Positions 1 to 13,278 of a stretch of DNA of 64,000 bases are shown one piece after another (within the stretch, counting starts at the first letter, position 1; every line of letters starts with the position of its first letter). Origin of the DNA: Octopus bimaculoides (Eukaryota); NCBI RefSeq assembly GCF_001194135.2, contig NC_068981.1, positions 17,277,398 through 17,341,397 on the forward strand, in the 5' to 3' direction. The position numbers and the translations under genes were made by a program. The notes under the pieces were generated by a model that saw only the letters and a list, made by a program, of their open reading frames with translations, did not search any database and was not told where the DNA came from.

Positions 1-670
1 AATTCCCATCGAATTTCGACCGATTTGAAACGCTTGTCAGCTGATTTCCATTAATTTGTTCAGTGTCTCTACGGAAAAGCTAATCCGAATGTACTGTTGG
101 ATGCACACATCTAACAAACTGTTAATACCGACCTGTCTGTGAGTATGTTTAATGATCCCTGATGTTAACACTGTGATAATGCTCTCATTTGACATCACGA
201 GGTACAATCGTTTCCCTGTGTAAAGAGAGAGTGACAGTATTTTCACAATACGATGGAGAGGTGACTTAAAAGGAAATGCTGCATTTTGTTTGAAGAACAT
301 TTTTCAGATTTATTCAGTATTTCATACTGTTTTGCAGAAGTTTGGTGTGTACACAAGGTTTTTGATAAGAGGGGGTAAGGTTTGTGTTTGATTATTTTAT
401 TTTGGTTTCTTTTATTTGATGGGGTATAGGGATCAATAAAAGGGAAAACATTGACCATTGAGGGAAAGGATTTAGACGAAATGGCTGGGAAAAAACTAAA
501 TGAAATTTGTAGCATTTATTAGGCAACGATTGAAATATGTTTTTCTACGGCTGAATGGGTATATTTTATAATAAATGGTTATTCATAATGATGTACTGAT
601 TGTAGATAGCATGATGGATAGTTAAGAAAGAGATAAATAGAGAGAAAACAGAGGCGAGAAAGAAAGAGTG

Positions 671-673
<3 letters not shown>

Positions 674-759
<86 letters not shown>

Positions 760-777
760 TGTGTGTGTGTGTGTGTG
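674..777. repeat. (TG)n microsatellite
   Basis: Near-perfect TG run; explains the VC/HT ORFs at 622-926. Confidence 0.98.
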
Positions 778-1013
778 CGAAGTTAATAAACGAGAGAAGA
801 ACATATACATTGTGTATACATACACAATTCCACGATTCATCTCATGGATGCACTAGAATGCATCATCGGTTTTGTTTCGGGAGGCTTAGTGTAGTTCAGA
901 TCTTTCAAATCAGAGAACTTGCTTAGGTGACGCAGCTGGAGGCCATAAAGTTCTAATTTTCAGGCCCAGTATTCTCTGCAACTTTAGTAATGGAATTTAT
1001 AGCCACCCTCCTT

Positions 1014-1328
1014 TTCTTTTTGCCCTTTTCAAGCCTAGCCAGGCTCATGGGCCCGGTTTCCCGGTTTCTATGGCGTAGGTGTTCCCCGCTTCCCCAGCTG
1101 GACAGGATGTCAGTCCATCGCAGCGTTACTCAAGAAACAGGAAGAAAGAGTGAGAGAAAGATGGGGCAAAAGAGTACAACAGGGGTCGCCACCACCCCGT
1201 GCCGGAGCCTCGTGGAACTTTAGGTGTTTTCGCTCAATAAACACACACAACACCAGGTCTGGGAATCGAAACCGCAATCTTCCGACCGCGAGTCCGCTGG
1301 CCTAACCACTGGGCTATTACGCCTCCAC
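1014..1328 (-). mobile_element. Chimeric tRNA-derived SINE (family C head, family D tail) with 14-bp TSD
   Basis: Head matches the 37233 copy; 3' part matches the 31251-31330 sequence; TAGCCACCCTCCTT at 1000-1013 and 1329-1342. Confidence 0.9.
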
Positions 1329-1774
1329 TAGCCACCCTCCTTACTGTACCAATAACTTTAAGTCCAGTCTCCGCTTAGCAAAGTAAACCCTTCATAAAAC
1401 CCTGTCAGCATGCCTCAATGGTTTGGCAACGTACAAGCCAGCATTGGTGTTCACATTGCTCTAACAACCCTTTGTATTTGAAAAACTTTCTCTCATGAGC
1501 CTCACCTTGTATTCTTCCAAGGCACAGTCAGTTCCTAGCATGGTTATATGTTTGGAGGGATAACTATGTCGGGTAGAGTATCGTTAACAAAGTTCAAGTG
1601 TATAAAATTTCCATAAGGAAAGGCATTACATTAGGTTGCAAAGGTTTTCCGTGTTTTAATGAATTTAGTGATATTAATTAGTACAGACATGACATAACAC
1701 TCCAATATTCTCCAGCGAGTAAACTATAATATGTGTAACAAATATACGTCGCTAATATAAAGTATGTTCTTGTA

Positions 1775-2181
1775 TTCGTTTATTGGTTTCGGTCAGTTGA
1801 CTGCGGCCACACTGGAGCACCGCCTTTAGTCCAACAAATCGACCCCAGGACTTTGTAAGCCTAGTATTTATTTTATCGGTCTCTCTTGCTGAACCAAATC
1901 CACTCACAAGGTTTTGGTCGAGCCTGAAACTGCAGTAGAAGACACTTGCCCAAGGTGTCACGTAGTGGGATTGAACCCGGAACCATGTGGTTGGGAAGCA
2001 AGCTTCTTTCCACACACCGCCTTCAGTCGAGCAAATCGGCCCCAAGACTTATCCTTTGTAAGCCTAGTACTTATTCTATCGGGTCTCTTTTGCCGAACCG
2101 ATAAGTTACGGGGACGTAAACACACCAGCATCGGTTGTCAAGCGACGTTGGGGGGACAAACACGGACACACAAACATATAT

Positions 2182-2244
<63 letters not shown>

Positions 2245-2405
2245 CATACAACGGGCTTCTTTCGGTTTCCGTCTACCAAATCCACTCACAAAGCTTTGGT
2301 CGGCCCGATGCTATAGTAGAAGACACTTGCCCATGGTGTCACGCAGTGGGACTGAACCCGGAACCATGCGGTTCGTATGCAAGCTACTTACCACACAGCC
2401 ACTCC
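1775..2405 (-). mobile_element. Two tandem family B (CORE-like) SINE copies
   Basis: Reverse complement of the 10449 copy, including GGCACCTTGGGCAAGTGTCTTCTACTATAGC; internal (TA)n in the second copy. Confidence 0.9.
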
Positions 2406-3144
2406 TATACCTATAAAAGTTATATAAAATATTGACTAAAAAACATTTTAAAATGCAAAAATAAGTTGAAAGTAAAATGTGAACAATTGAGCTTTAAAAA
2501 AAGAACGAACTTGCCGATATAGTATAAAATTCCTGCGCCTGCTTCACAGGATAACGAACTGAGTTGCAATGACTTCACGTAGTTGCAGTGACGTCACGCA
2601 GTAGATAACACGTAACCATCTTGTGTCGTGCTTCAAGAGCAACAAAGTGTACTGAAAAAAGTAGTACTTAAATTTCTGGAAACTAGCGTGATACCATGCT
2701 ACAGAAGTGGCTGCAGATATTAAATACACACACACACACATATAAAAAGTGCACGCGCGCACACACACACATACACACGAGAACGCTATGAGGTGATGCA
2801 CAGGAACTCAGATCTCAATGTGCTGCACCTTATTGAAGAAACAGCCGTAAGTTAATGAAGCTGTTTACTTAATTTCTGTTCCCATGCCATTCATTTAATT
2901 TCATGCTACGCTCTATACTCGTCAGACCCTTTATTCTGAAGCTTTATTCTGGGCTCTATTATTATTAGTATCGCTGTGTCTAATTGATATCTTAAAATGT
3001 GTGCGTGTATGTGTGTGTGTGCGTGTGTATACGATGAAATGTGGTGCACGAGGACGACAAAGGAGCACATGGAAAACACAAAAGCAGTATGTCCAACCTT
3101 CTTCAATTATCGACCTCAGATCATCACAATTTCGATAGATAGAT

Positions 3145-3185
<41 letters not shown>

Positions 3186-3702
3186 AACGACACAAAGCGA
3201 TTTAATAAAGCAGTTTTATTGCTTGCTCATTTTATTTTTGTTCTTGTTCTGTTTTTGTATTTTGTCTCAGAGAACTCTTTTCAGAAGTGAATTTAACAGA
3301 ACATGAATGAATAAAAGAGAGAAAGAAAACATACAATGAAGTAGACAGACATCTCGTCTGTCGAAGGCCGGAGAGCAACTGACAAACTCAAAGTAGAAGC
3401 AGCATGTCGAAACTTCCCACCAATCAGACGAATTGTCAGATGAACGGCAAATATTGCTTTCTCGGAGATGGCAAAGGAAATCGGTCGATCAAAGAGAAAT
3501 ACAAAGGATTGCCTGGAATTCATCTGGTTGGGTGTGATGGCTATATGATGGTGTCGTTCGAAGTTAATTTGATACATTGTATCAAGTGAAACATTAACAG
3601 ATTTTTAAAGTCAATATGACGTAATACAACATAGTTTTATAGTTTTATATATGCGTCTCAGTGTTGCTATATATATATATATATATATATATACATAAAT
3701 AT

Positions 3703-3747
<45 letters not shown>

Positions 3748-4437
3748 NNNNNNNNNNNNNNNNNNNNNNNNNNNNNNNNNNNNNNNNNNNNNNNNNNNNN
3801 NNNNNNNNNNNNNNNNNNNNNNNNNNNNNNNNNNNNNNNNNNNNNNNNNNNNNNNNNNNNNNNNNNNNNNNNNNNNNNNNNNNNNNNNNNNNNNNNNNNN
3901 NNNNNNNNNNNNNNNNNNNNNNNNNNNNNNNNNNNNNNNNNNNNNNNNNNNNNNNNNNNNNNNNNNNNNNNNNNNNNNNNNNNNNNNNNNNNNNNNNNNN
4001 NNNNNNNNNNNNNNNNNNNNNNNNNNNNNNNNNNNNNNNNNNNNNNNNNNNNNNNNNNNNNNNNNNNNNNNNNNNNNNNNNNNNNNNNNNNNNNNNNNNN
4101 NNNNNNNNNNNNNNNNNNNNNNNNNNNNNNNNNNNNNNNNNNNNNNNNNNNNNNNNNNNNNNNNNNNNNNNNNNNNNNNNNNNNNNNNNNNNNNNNNNNN
4201 NNNNNNNNNNNNNNNNNNNNNNNNNNNNNNNNNNNNNNNNNNNNNNNNNNNNNNNNNNNNNNNNNNNNNNNNNNNNNNNNNNNNNNNNNNNNNNNNNNNN
4301 NNNNNNNNNNNNNNNNNNNNNNNNNNNNNNNNNNNNNNNNNNNNNNNNNNNNNNNNNNNNNNNNNNNNNNNNNNNNNNNNNNNNNNNNNNNNNNNNNNNN
4401 NNNNNNNNNNNNNNNNNNNNNNNNNNNNNNNNNNNNC

Positions 4438-4496
4438 CTCCAACCGTGAGTCCGCTGCCCTAACTACTAGGCCATTGCGCCTCCACACACACACAT

Positions 4497-4550
<54 letters not shown>

Positions 4551-4680
4551 CCACGTGGTTCCGGGTTCAGTCCCACTGCGTGTCACCCACCTTGGGAAAG
4601 AGTTTTCTTCTATAGCCGCGGGCCGACCTTGCGACTGGATTTACTAGACGGAAACTGAAAGAAGCCTGTCGTATTTATAT
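4438..4680. mobile_element. Family C SINE head fragment (-) and family B SINE 5' half (+)
   Basis: CCCTAACTACTAGGCCATTGCGCCTCCAC matches the C head; GGTTCCGGGTTCAGTCCCACTGCG...GACGGAAACTGAAAGAAGCC matches B. Confidence 0.8.
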
Positions 4681-5786
4681 ATGTAGCAAATAAGTAACAA
4701 GGTCGTCCAGCTATTAGTGCATTACGGCTGTTTGAGGCGGTTCCATTTAATCGATCAATGCAAGCATTACATCAGCTTGAAATAACCCGCTTTCCTCGGA
4801 TGCATAAGACCATATAGGTTTTCAACATACAGGACACTCCATTGTAATTTTTAAGCAAATTTTTTCTCCAGAACTAAAGAATAAAAGAATTACATGCTTG
4901 TTGCTATTATTGTAGCTGAATGAACTTAGGGAGAGAATACACAAAGCCTACTGTAATTTAGAGTGGCAGAAGAGAATAACAAAGGGGATCAAGTAACTGT
5001 AATGTAGCCACATTCATCTTTCTCTTTATCACAATCAAAGGAGTCAAAGTAGCTAGAATTCTACATCCACTTAGAATTAAAACCACTGGAGATTGACAGT
5101 TAAGTTCTTGCTGCTGGTGATCAATTAATTAACGTCAGACACTCTTCCCTATAAATTCACCATGACTACATAAAAGAACATGCCTCAGAAGATGTCAACA
5201 AGATAATGGTGTATATCCAGAAAGAGGAAGATCAGGGGTGACTTAAACTATATTATGATTATCAATTAAAAAGGGTCTAAAATAGAAAACAAAAGAGGTC
5301 ACATTGAGATCTAACTTAGGGTACAGGAGAAAAATTGTATATCTAAATTTAGCAAAATTTATATATTATTACATTTTGTACATTAGATAAGAAAATTTGG
5401 AAAGGGTTTTAAGGACCAAGTAAGAGAAGAAGGGTAGATAAACCAATTCAAGCTCTAAAAAATGGGGTGCAATTATATAAAACAGAAACCTCATAATGCT
5501 TCATTCTAGCATATTGTTAAGGAGGTCATGATAAAATTATTCAACAATGAATCCATGATTATATTCAGATTTCATCCGAGAAGGCGTACACATTTTCTAT
5601 TGACTGAAAACCAAAGATTAAGGGCAAAAAATTAAGATAATCAATACTATAACAGATAAACCTTTTTAAAAACCTTGAAAAAATATGATTATATAAAAAC
5701 AGGTTTTCAACATTATGAAAAAGTCTTAAAGGATATAAGAAGGTATAAAAATACCACATATATATACGAAAAAAGTTTATCATATA

Positions 5787-7268
5787 CAGCCTTGGCCAAA
5801 AGTATTAGGCCACCCCAATATTTTGGGGTTCTGCTATCTCAATATTAATGAAACTCGTGCACATGGTAGATTATGGTATATTTCACAATATGCTTTAGTT
5901 TTAATATCTGGTTGACCCTCCTTAAGCATCAATTATTGTTTTTTACTGTACTGTACATATGCAACCAGCGTTTTATGCTAAAATACGTTGTAGATATAGT
6001 TAATAAACAGTAAAATGCCTAAAACAAGGGAGTTGAGTGAGTGTGAGCGAGGTCAAATCGTAGCATATCATGAAGATGCAATGTCTCAAAGGCAAATTGC
6101 TCAGATGTAATGTTCTCGATGTGCAGTGCAAACAACTCTCAAGCACTTCAAATAGACAGAAGATGTGAAGACTATACAAAGAACAGGTAGAAAAAAGGTT
6201 ACATCACCTTGTGATGACAGATCCATCATCCGTCAGTCACTCAGAAACAGAAGAAAAACATCGTCAGAGCTCTGTGCAAACTTCAACAAGGCTAGTACTT
6301 CACAAATATCAACCAGAACTGTTAGCAGAAGGCTTGTAAAGTACGGTCTGAAAGGCTGTAAAGCCAGGAAGTAGCCGTGGGTTTCTGAAACGAATAAGGA
6401 AAAACGTCTTCAGCGGGCCTAAAATCACTCAAATTGGACCAGTGAACAATGGTCAAAAGTCATATGATCTTACGAAAGTAACCATGAGGTAACATAGTAC
6501 ATGTATTCAATCAACATTTAAACTTAATGAAATTGGTTTGTTACCCAAAATATATTTTAAAAAGTATCCAACATAAAGCTAACACTATTTTTCATGTTTT
6601 TACTCAGGTTTTCGGTACAACTGGTGCAACTTTTGTGCATCGCAGAGTTGGGGAAGCATTTAAGGCTGAATGTCTGGTACAAACCGTAAAACATAGGGGC
6701 GGTTCTATCATAGTGTTGGTCTGCATGTCTGCTACAGGATCCGGAGAAATGTTTTTATGTCAGGGGAGGATGAATCCTGCTACCTCTGTTTCTATGTTAT
6801 CGGATGTTCTTGAGCTATCAAGTGCTAAATTGCATCCAGGGGTGTCGACAAAACAGTGTTATCTTTCAACAGGACAACGCTCCCTGTCATACAGCAAAGA
6901 ATACTCCTCAATGGTTTGAGACACGGGGTATTGTTCCCATGGACTGGCCAGCTCAAAGTCCCGATCTAAATCCGATCGAACACCTATGGGGAACTCTTGG
7001 TGAAGCTATCAGGAACACAACAATTAAAAATAAAGAGCATTCGTACCAAATGTTGAGAGGAGAATGAAGTAAAACCTGCAAGAAACTAGGTGATTCAATG
7101 CCTAACCGTATGAAAGCGGTAATTGATGCTAAAGAAAGGCAACAAGATATTAAAACCAACGTATATTATGAAATATACCATGATCTACCATGTGCACGTG
7201 TTTCATTGACATTGAGATAGCAGAACCTCCAAAACATTGGGGTGGCCTAATACTTTTGGCCAAGGCTG
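5787..7268 (+). mobile_element. Near full-length Tc1-family DNA transposon (DD34E), inactivated
   Basis: ~105-bp TIRs starting CAGCCTTGGCCAAAAGTATTAGGCCACCCCAAT at both ends; TA flanks at 5785-5786 and 7269-7270. Confidence 0.97.
6015..7160 (+). pseudogene. Tc1 transposase pseudogene with a 119-bp GT-AG intron (6489-6607)
   Basis: MPKTRELSECERGQIV N-terminus; WSKVI*SYES (first D decayed); VKHRGGS; QQDNAP-(34 aa)-SPDLNPIEHLW; several stops and frameshifts. Confidence 0.9.
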
Positions 7269-7344
7269 TATGTATATCATATCATATATCTGTATATATA
7301 AAAAAAATATAATTATAAAATGTAAAATACAAATAAATTAATAT

Positions 7345-7538
7345 GTGTGTGTGTGTCTTTGTGATTTGTCACCCATCATCAATTGACGACCGGTGTTGGT
7401 GTGTTTACGTCCCTGTATCTTAGCGGTTGGGCAAAAACACTGATAGAATAAGTACCAGGCTTAACATTTTTCGATAAAAACACTCCAAGGTAGTGCTCCA
7501 GCATGGCTGCATTCAAATAACTGAAACAAGTAAAAGAA
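7345..7538 (+). mobile_element. Family B SINE 3' half
   Basis: GTGTTTACGTCCC...GATAGAATAAGTAC...GTGCTCCAGCATGG...CTGAAACAAGTAAAAGA. Confidence 0.85.
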
Positions 7539-7549
7539 TACATTTATAA

Positions 7550-8490
7550 ATGCATACATACATACATATATATATATACATACATGCGTACATGCATACA
7601 TACATATTTACATACATGCATACTGCATACATACATATATACATACATACATACATGCATACATACATATATACATACATGCGTACATGCATAAATACAT
7701 ACATATATACATGCATACATGCATACATGCATACATACATACATATATACATACATGCATACATGCATATATACATATATACATACATGCATGCATACAT
7801 ACATGCATACATGATTGCATGCATACATACATACAAATATACATACATACATGCATGTATATATACATATATACATGCATACATATATGCATACATATAT
7901 GCATACATATATGCATACATAAATACACACTTACATACATACATAATCATGGTTTCTATACAATTGCATATGTGTTTATATGTACATATTCTCAGTTTCG
8001 GGTATGGAGTCTTCTTACTCGCGGTTACGNNNNNNNNNNCATACATGCATACATACATACATATATACATACATGCATACATGCATATATACATATATAC
8101 ATACATGCATGCATACATACATGCATACATGATTGCATGCATACATACATACAAATATACATACATACATGCATGTATATATACATATATACATGCATAC
8201 ATATATGCATACATATATGCATACATATATGCATACATAAATACACACTTACATACATACATAATCATGGTTTCTATACAATTGCATATGTGTTTATATG
8301 TACATATTCTCAGTTTCGGGTATGGAGTCTTCTTACTCGCGGTTACGAAACAAAACACCTACACACACATAAAAGCACACATACATACACACACACATAC
8401 ATACATACATGCATACATACATACATACATACATGTATGTATGCACGCTTGTATGTATGTATGTATGTATATATGTATGTATGTATGCAC
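7550..8490. repeat. Complex (CATA/TA/CATG)n low-complexity tract
   Basis: Degenerate tetra/dinucleotide repeats; about 310 bp duplicated on both sides of the 10-N gap at 8030-8039. Confidence 0.95.
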
Positions 8491-9117
8491 GCTTGTGTGA
8501 AAGCGAGTGAGAGAAAGGGAGACAATGCGAGAAGGGCATATATATACATATATACATTCTTAAATATATCGGTAAAGACTATATCGTTGGATATTACTAT
8601 ACGCGAGTGTAGGACAATAAACCACGTACAAACAACAAGTCTTGTAATAATTGCTGGTGTAAGTTAATAACATGACTGAAAAATCCAATAATCTCCACTG
8701 AACAATCCATTAGCGAGATGGATGGTATTCATTTTTTACGTCACGTGTCTATGATCCGTATGATAAAAATGTTACACATCGCTTCCTGTTTTTTTACGTG
8801 TGATTAAATAAGTTATATTACTATCTGAACGAACAATGCGGTTTGGTGACGATCAGTTCCTCGGAGCGTGTCCTAAAAAAAAATGTGTTCGTCTCAATAG
8901 ACAAACACACGCATGTATGCACGCATGCACGCACACACACGCATACATACACAAAAAAGCATAGATACACTCACACACGCTCACACTCAGAATATGCTAT
9001 GTTGTATTACATCTAAATTTATTTATATATGCATGAACGTATATATACTTATATATATGTATGTGTGTATGTATGTTTGTCTGTATGTATGTATGTACGT
9101 TTACATATTTGGTTAGT

Positions 9118-9158
<41 letters not shown>

Positions 9159-9590
9159 CATTTCTTTTATTAGCCACNNNNNNNNNNNNNNNNNNNNNNN
9201 NNNNNNNNNNNNNNNNNNNNNNNNNNNNNNNNNNNNNNNNNNNNNNNNNNNNNNNNNNNNNNNNNNNNNNNNNNNNNNNNNNNNNNNNNNNNNNNNNNNN
9301 NNNNNNNNNNNNNNNNNNNNNNNNNNNNNNNNNNNNNNNNNNNNNNNNNNNNNNNNNNNNNNNNNNNNNNNNNNNNNNNNNNNNNNNNNNNNNNNNNNNN
9401 NNNNNNNNNNNNNNNNNNNNNNNNNNNNNNNNNNNNNNNNNNNNNNNNNNNNNNNNNNNNNNNNNNNNNNNNNNNNNNNNNNNNNNNNNNNNNNNNNNNN
9501 NNNNNNNNNNNNNNNNNNNNNNNNNNNNNNNNNNNNNNNNNNNNNNNNNNNNNNNNNNNNNNNNNNNNNNNNNNNNNNNNNNNNNNNNNA

Positions 9591-9894
9591 ACGTGCAAGT
9601 GACTGAGCACTCCACAGACACGTGTACCCTTAACGTAGTTCTCGGGGATATTCAGCATGACACAGTGTGACAAGGCTGACCCTTTGAATTACAGGCACAC
9701 CAGAAACAGGAAGTAAGAGTGAGAGAAAGTTGTGGTGAAAGAGTACAGCAGGGTTCGCCACCATCCCCTACCGGAGCCTCGTGGAGCTTTAGGTGTTTTC
9801 GCTCAATAAACACTCACAACGCCCGGTCTGAGAATCGAGACCGCAATCCTATGACCGCGAGTCCGCTGCCCTAACCACTGGGCCATTGCGCCTC
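9591..9894 (-). mobile_element. Family C SINE (3' end in gap)
   Basis: Reverse complement of 37233-37530. Confidence 0.92.
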
Positions 9895-9979
9895 CGGCCG
9901 TGCTATAAATAGGAGACAATATGAAATGCTCCGGATTGTTTATGGATTAACTTGAGTAAGCCAAACATCGATTTTTTCG

Positions 9980-10420
9980 CAATCACAAAAGGCCAGGCAA
10001 ACCAAGGCTGCCGGGAAGCTCAAAATGGTCCCCTTTTTTTCGACAGCAAAGGCACCATCTACACCCTCTGGGTTCTCTCTAGCCAGATGGTCAACAAAGA
10101 GTAATTTGTGGGAGTTTTGAAGAAGAGATATTTCGTCTCAAAAGGCCAGTGTACTTGCACCAGGGCAATACCCCAGTTCACAAATTCATCTGGTGACTAC
10201 TAGTCAGAAATGGGCATCAAACTGTCCCTTACCCACTCTACGGTTCTTGCTCCTTGCTCTCTGTGACTTTTGCTTGTTCTCCAAATTGAAAGTGAAAAGG
10301 AAGGAGGCCGTGACGAGGGTCCTGGACACCTTTTCTTTCAAGGACTTCCACGTGGCCTTCACAAAGTAACTGGAGCGCTACAAGTACATTGAAGTCAGAG
10401 GATACTAATTTAAAGTAGAT
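9980..10420 (+). pseudogene. Mariner transposase remnant (C-terminal half)
   Basis: KMVPFFDSKG, QMVNKE, HQGNTPVH (decayed HQDNAP), LCDFCLFSKLK, ERYKYIEVRG across shifted frames. Confidence 0.75.
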
Positions 10421-10448
10421 TAAATATATTTGAAAATAATAAAAATCT

Positions 10449-10838
10449 AGGAGTGGCTGTGTGGTAAGTAGCTTGCTTACGAACCACATGGTTCCGGGTT
10501 CAGTCCCACTGCGTGGCACGTTGGGCAACTGTCTTCTACTATAGCCTCGGGCCGACCAAAGCCTTGTGCGTGGATTTGGTAGACGGAAACCGAAAGAAGC
10601 CCGTCGTATATATGTATATATATATGTGTGTATATATGTTTGTGTGTCTGTGTTTGTCCCCTAACATCGCTCGACAACCGATGCTGGTTTAAGTCCCCGT
10701 AACTTAGCGGTTCGGTAAAAGTGACCGATAGAATAAGTACTAGACTTACAAAGAATAAGTCCTGGGTCAATTAGCTCGACTAAAGGCGGTGTTCCAGCAT
10801 GGCCGCAATCAAATGACTAAAACAAGTAAAAGAGTAAA
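10449..10838 (+). mobile_element. Full-length family B SINE (CORE-like) with internal TA/TG microsatellite
   Basis: A-box-like GTGGCTGTGTGGTAAG, B-box-like GGGTTCAGTCCC, CORE-like GGCACGTTGGGCAACTGTCTT, 3' tail CAGCATGGCCGC...AACAAGTAAAAGAG. Confidence 0.92.
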
Positions 10839-13222
10839 AGTGTAAAAAAGTATCTCTCCTGAAAAAGCCTCAAAACTTTTAAAATGCAACTTGTAGCTTC
10901 TCATTGCAATGAAGTTTATAAATTAGTTGTTAGTTATACGCATAGTTTGATTCAATGAAGGAACAAATGAAACGAATATTAAAAAACACCAATCTCTATT
11001 TTTTTAACTGGTAGCAAAAGTTTTTTGCTTTACAAGTATTTTGATGCTCTAATGTCAAAGCTGTCCTTTCTACAATGAGTAACAATGTAATAAAGCAGGG
11101 AATTCTCAACACACCTTTGATATTTCGAAAACAGTTCTTGAACAATACTCCATGTCAAACTCGCTTTATCTAGAATACAAGTTTCAATTCTAGGGTATAC
11201 AGGAATACAGGAATACAGGGAACTTCTAATCTACACAGCAAATATAAATTTGAATTAACTCTATTATTCATTTATATTTCTGTTGTTTTCGCATCTTTTT
11301 ATATGAAGTGTCTTCCAGTGTCATTAACGCTGTTCGTAAACCGAAACCATAACGAAGGTTAAGTATATTTTTTCATATTTCTTGTAGTGTGTAAATATAG
11401 AGAGTTATAGCATAAGTGGTTACTAGTATACAGTGTTATTAGTTGTCATACACCTGCCCAGTAGAGTCGAAAAAATCTACTGTATAATGACGTTCTATTC
11501 ATTTTATATGATACATTAGATATTTCAAAGTTAATTATTTCGTACATATGTATGTAACACATCGCTGCTTCATATCACTTTCTCTTTATCCTAAAGGAAA
11601 CCCAAGTTTTATAGTTCCCATTTTTCGTTAAGGATAGATGTACTAAACCAGGTTTTACTCGATTGGATTGGATGGATTATGATAGTAATTTGGATCATTA
11701 GATATATTCCAAAAGGTTAGAGATATTCACACAGTTAGATATCGCCAGAATACTCACATTCACGAAACGCTATTAATTTAAATTCGGTTTGTCAATAACC
11801 ATAAATCTGACTGCCAAATTACTAGTCTTGAATAGATTATATATCTCCAAACGAGCAAACTCAACTTGCATTCTTCAATTTACATTGAAACACAGATTTA
11901 TAAAATAACAATCACAACTAATATTTATATCAAACATGGGCATAGCATATGGATAAAGAGAAGACAACTCTTAATAAAAGGGAATGTAACTGTGATGTAT
12001 TGTCGTCAAAGTTTCTCTCCCTCCTGGATTTGTTGTCTTTGTTATTAAATCTTTGGAAATATTTTGCGTTTCAACCACACCTTCCCTTGATCAATCATCG
12101 ATTGTTTTATTTCTCTTTGACACTGGGCATCAATTCCCATATGGTTTATCAACCAGTTGCAACCGTAAAACATCCGAAATGTAAGTGAAATGGTCACGCA
12201 AATATAACATGGATATTAGCAGGAATGGAATGAGATCCGTTGGCTCTAATCATTAACACTTCAAACACCTCTCTTTAATAAACTGTCGATAATTGCTGTT
12301 TCCGTGACAAAGGATCGCAGAGGAAACTTACACATACAAAACAACAACGGACGTTAGTTTCACACATTATTTTTAATGATTCATCACATACAAGGCTCAG
12401 CGATCGATAATAAATTCTTGACTAGATTATACCAATAATTTGCTTCTCCGATACCACTGAATTACCGGTCTTCAGAGAATCCGGATAAATGCTGAATGTT
12501 GTTACCTCCATAACTATGGACGAATATTTTGGCTTCTGTTTTCGATAGTTATTTTTCTTCTTATTTCTGTTCGATGGAAAATTGCAGCCAGACATGTTTT
12601 GCCATGAATAATAGATGTTTTCAACCAATTTATAAATAAAGTATTTTGTTGTCGCTAAATAACAAGGTTTTCCAACAAACGTGTGAACAGAAAAGTTAGA
12701 AGTTGTCACTTTAAAGCACTATTTTGTTTTCATACTCAAATTACTAGCGTTGCCAGAATTACAAGAAATTCGATAATGTTTTCATGAGATATTGGTGGAA
12801 TTGCTGCAATTAATATATAATAAGACAGTAGCTAAATGTTTGTTCTTGCTGTTTTATTTTCCCAAACATTTTCACTCACAATATATCTTAATTAAATGTC
12901 TGTTTGTTTGGAGTACAAACCTTTATTTTAGACTGTTGAGTTTCTGACTTAGGTTGAAATAAAATAAACCTCTTGAAGACCTCAAACTGAGAACCGTCCA
13001 GGAAAAAGAATAAAGATTCGGTAATACGTATGTATATAAATATACAGGACCATCCTGGATGTCTACACTTTCTTTTATTACAGATCTTTTAATGAATACA
13101 ATTCGCCACCCTTATATTTGCACTATTAACCTGTCTGTGTGTATATATATACATACGTAAATACATATAAATATATACATATATATGTGTGTTTTTGTAT
13201 GTATGTATATATATATATATAT

Positions 13223-13267
<45 letters not shown>

Positions 13268-13278
13268 TATATATATAT

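Noticed and set aside
860-1720. Weak piggyBac-like motif (LKVIGTVR) on the minus strand around the chimeric SINE
   Set aside because: Only one short motif; no catalytic residues or TTAA-bounded ends found.
3661-4554. Long ORFs spanning N-runs (also 9049-9673, 44147-44963, 56352-56935, 57711-59029)
   Set aside because: Open only because N codons are not stops.
7690-8347. ~310-bp exact duplication and long His/Tyr/Ile ORFs
   Set aside because: Identical sequence on both sides of a 10-N gap indicates an unmerged contig overlap; ORFs are translated microsatellite.
12435-12485. Possible minus-strand hammerhead (CTGAAGA-CCGGTA…TATCGG-AGAAG)
   Set aside because: GAAA box is GAAG and no stem I/III.
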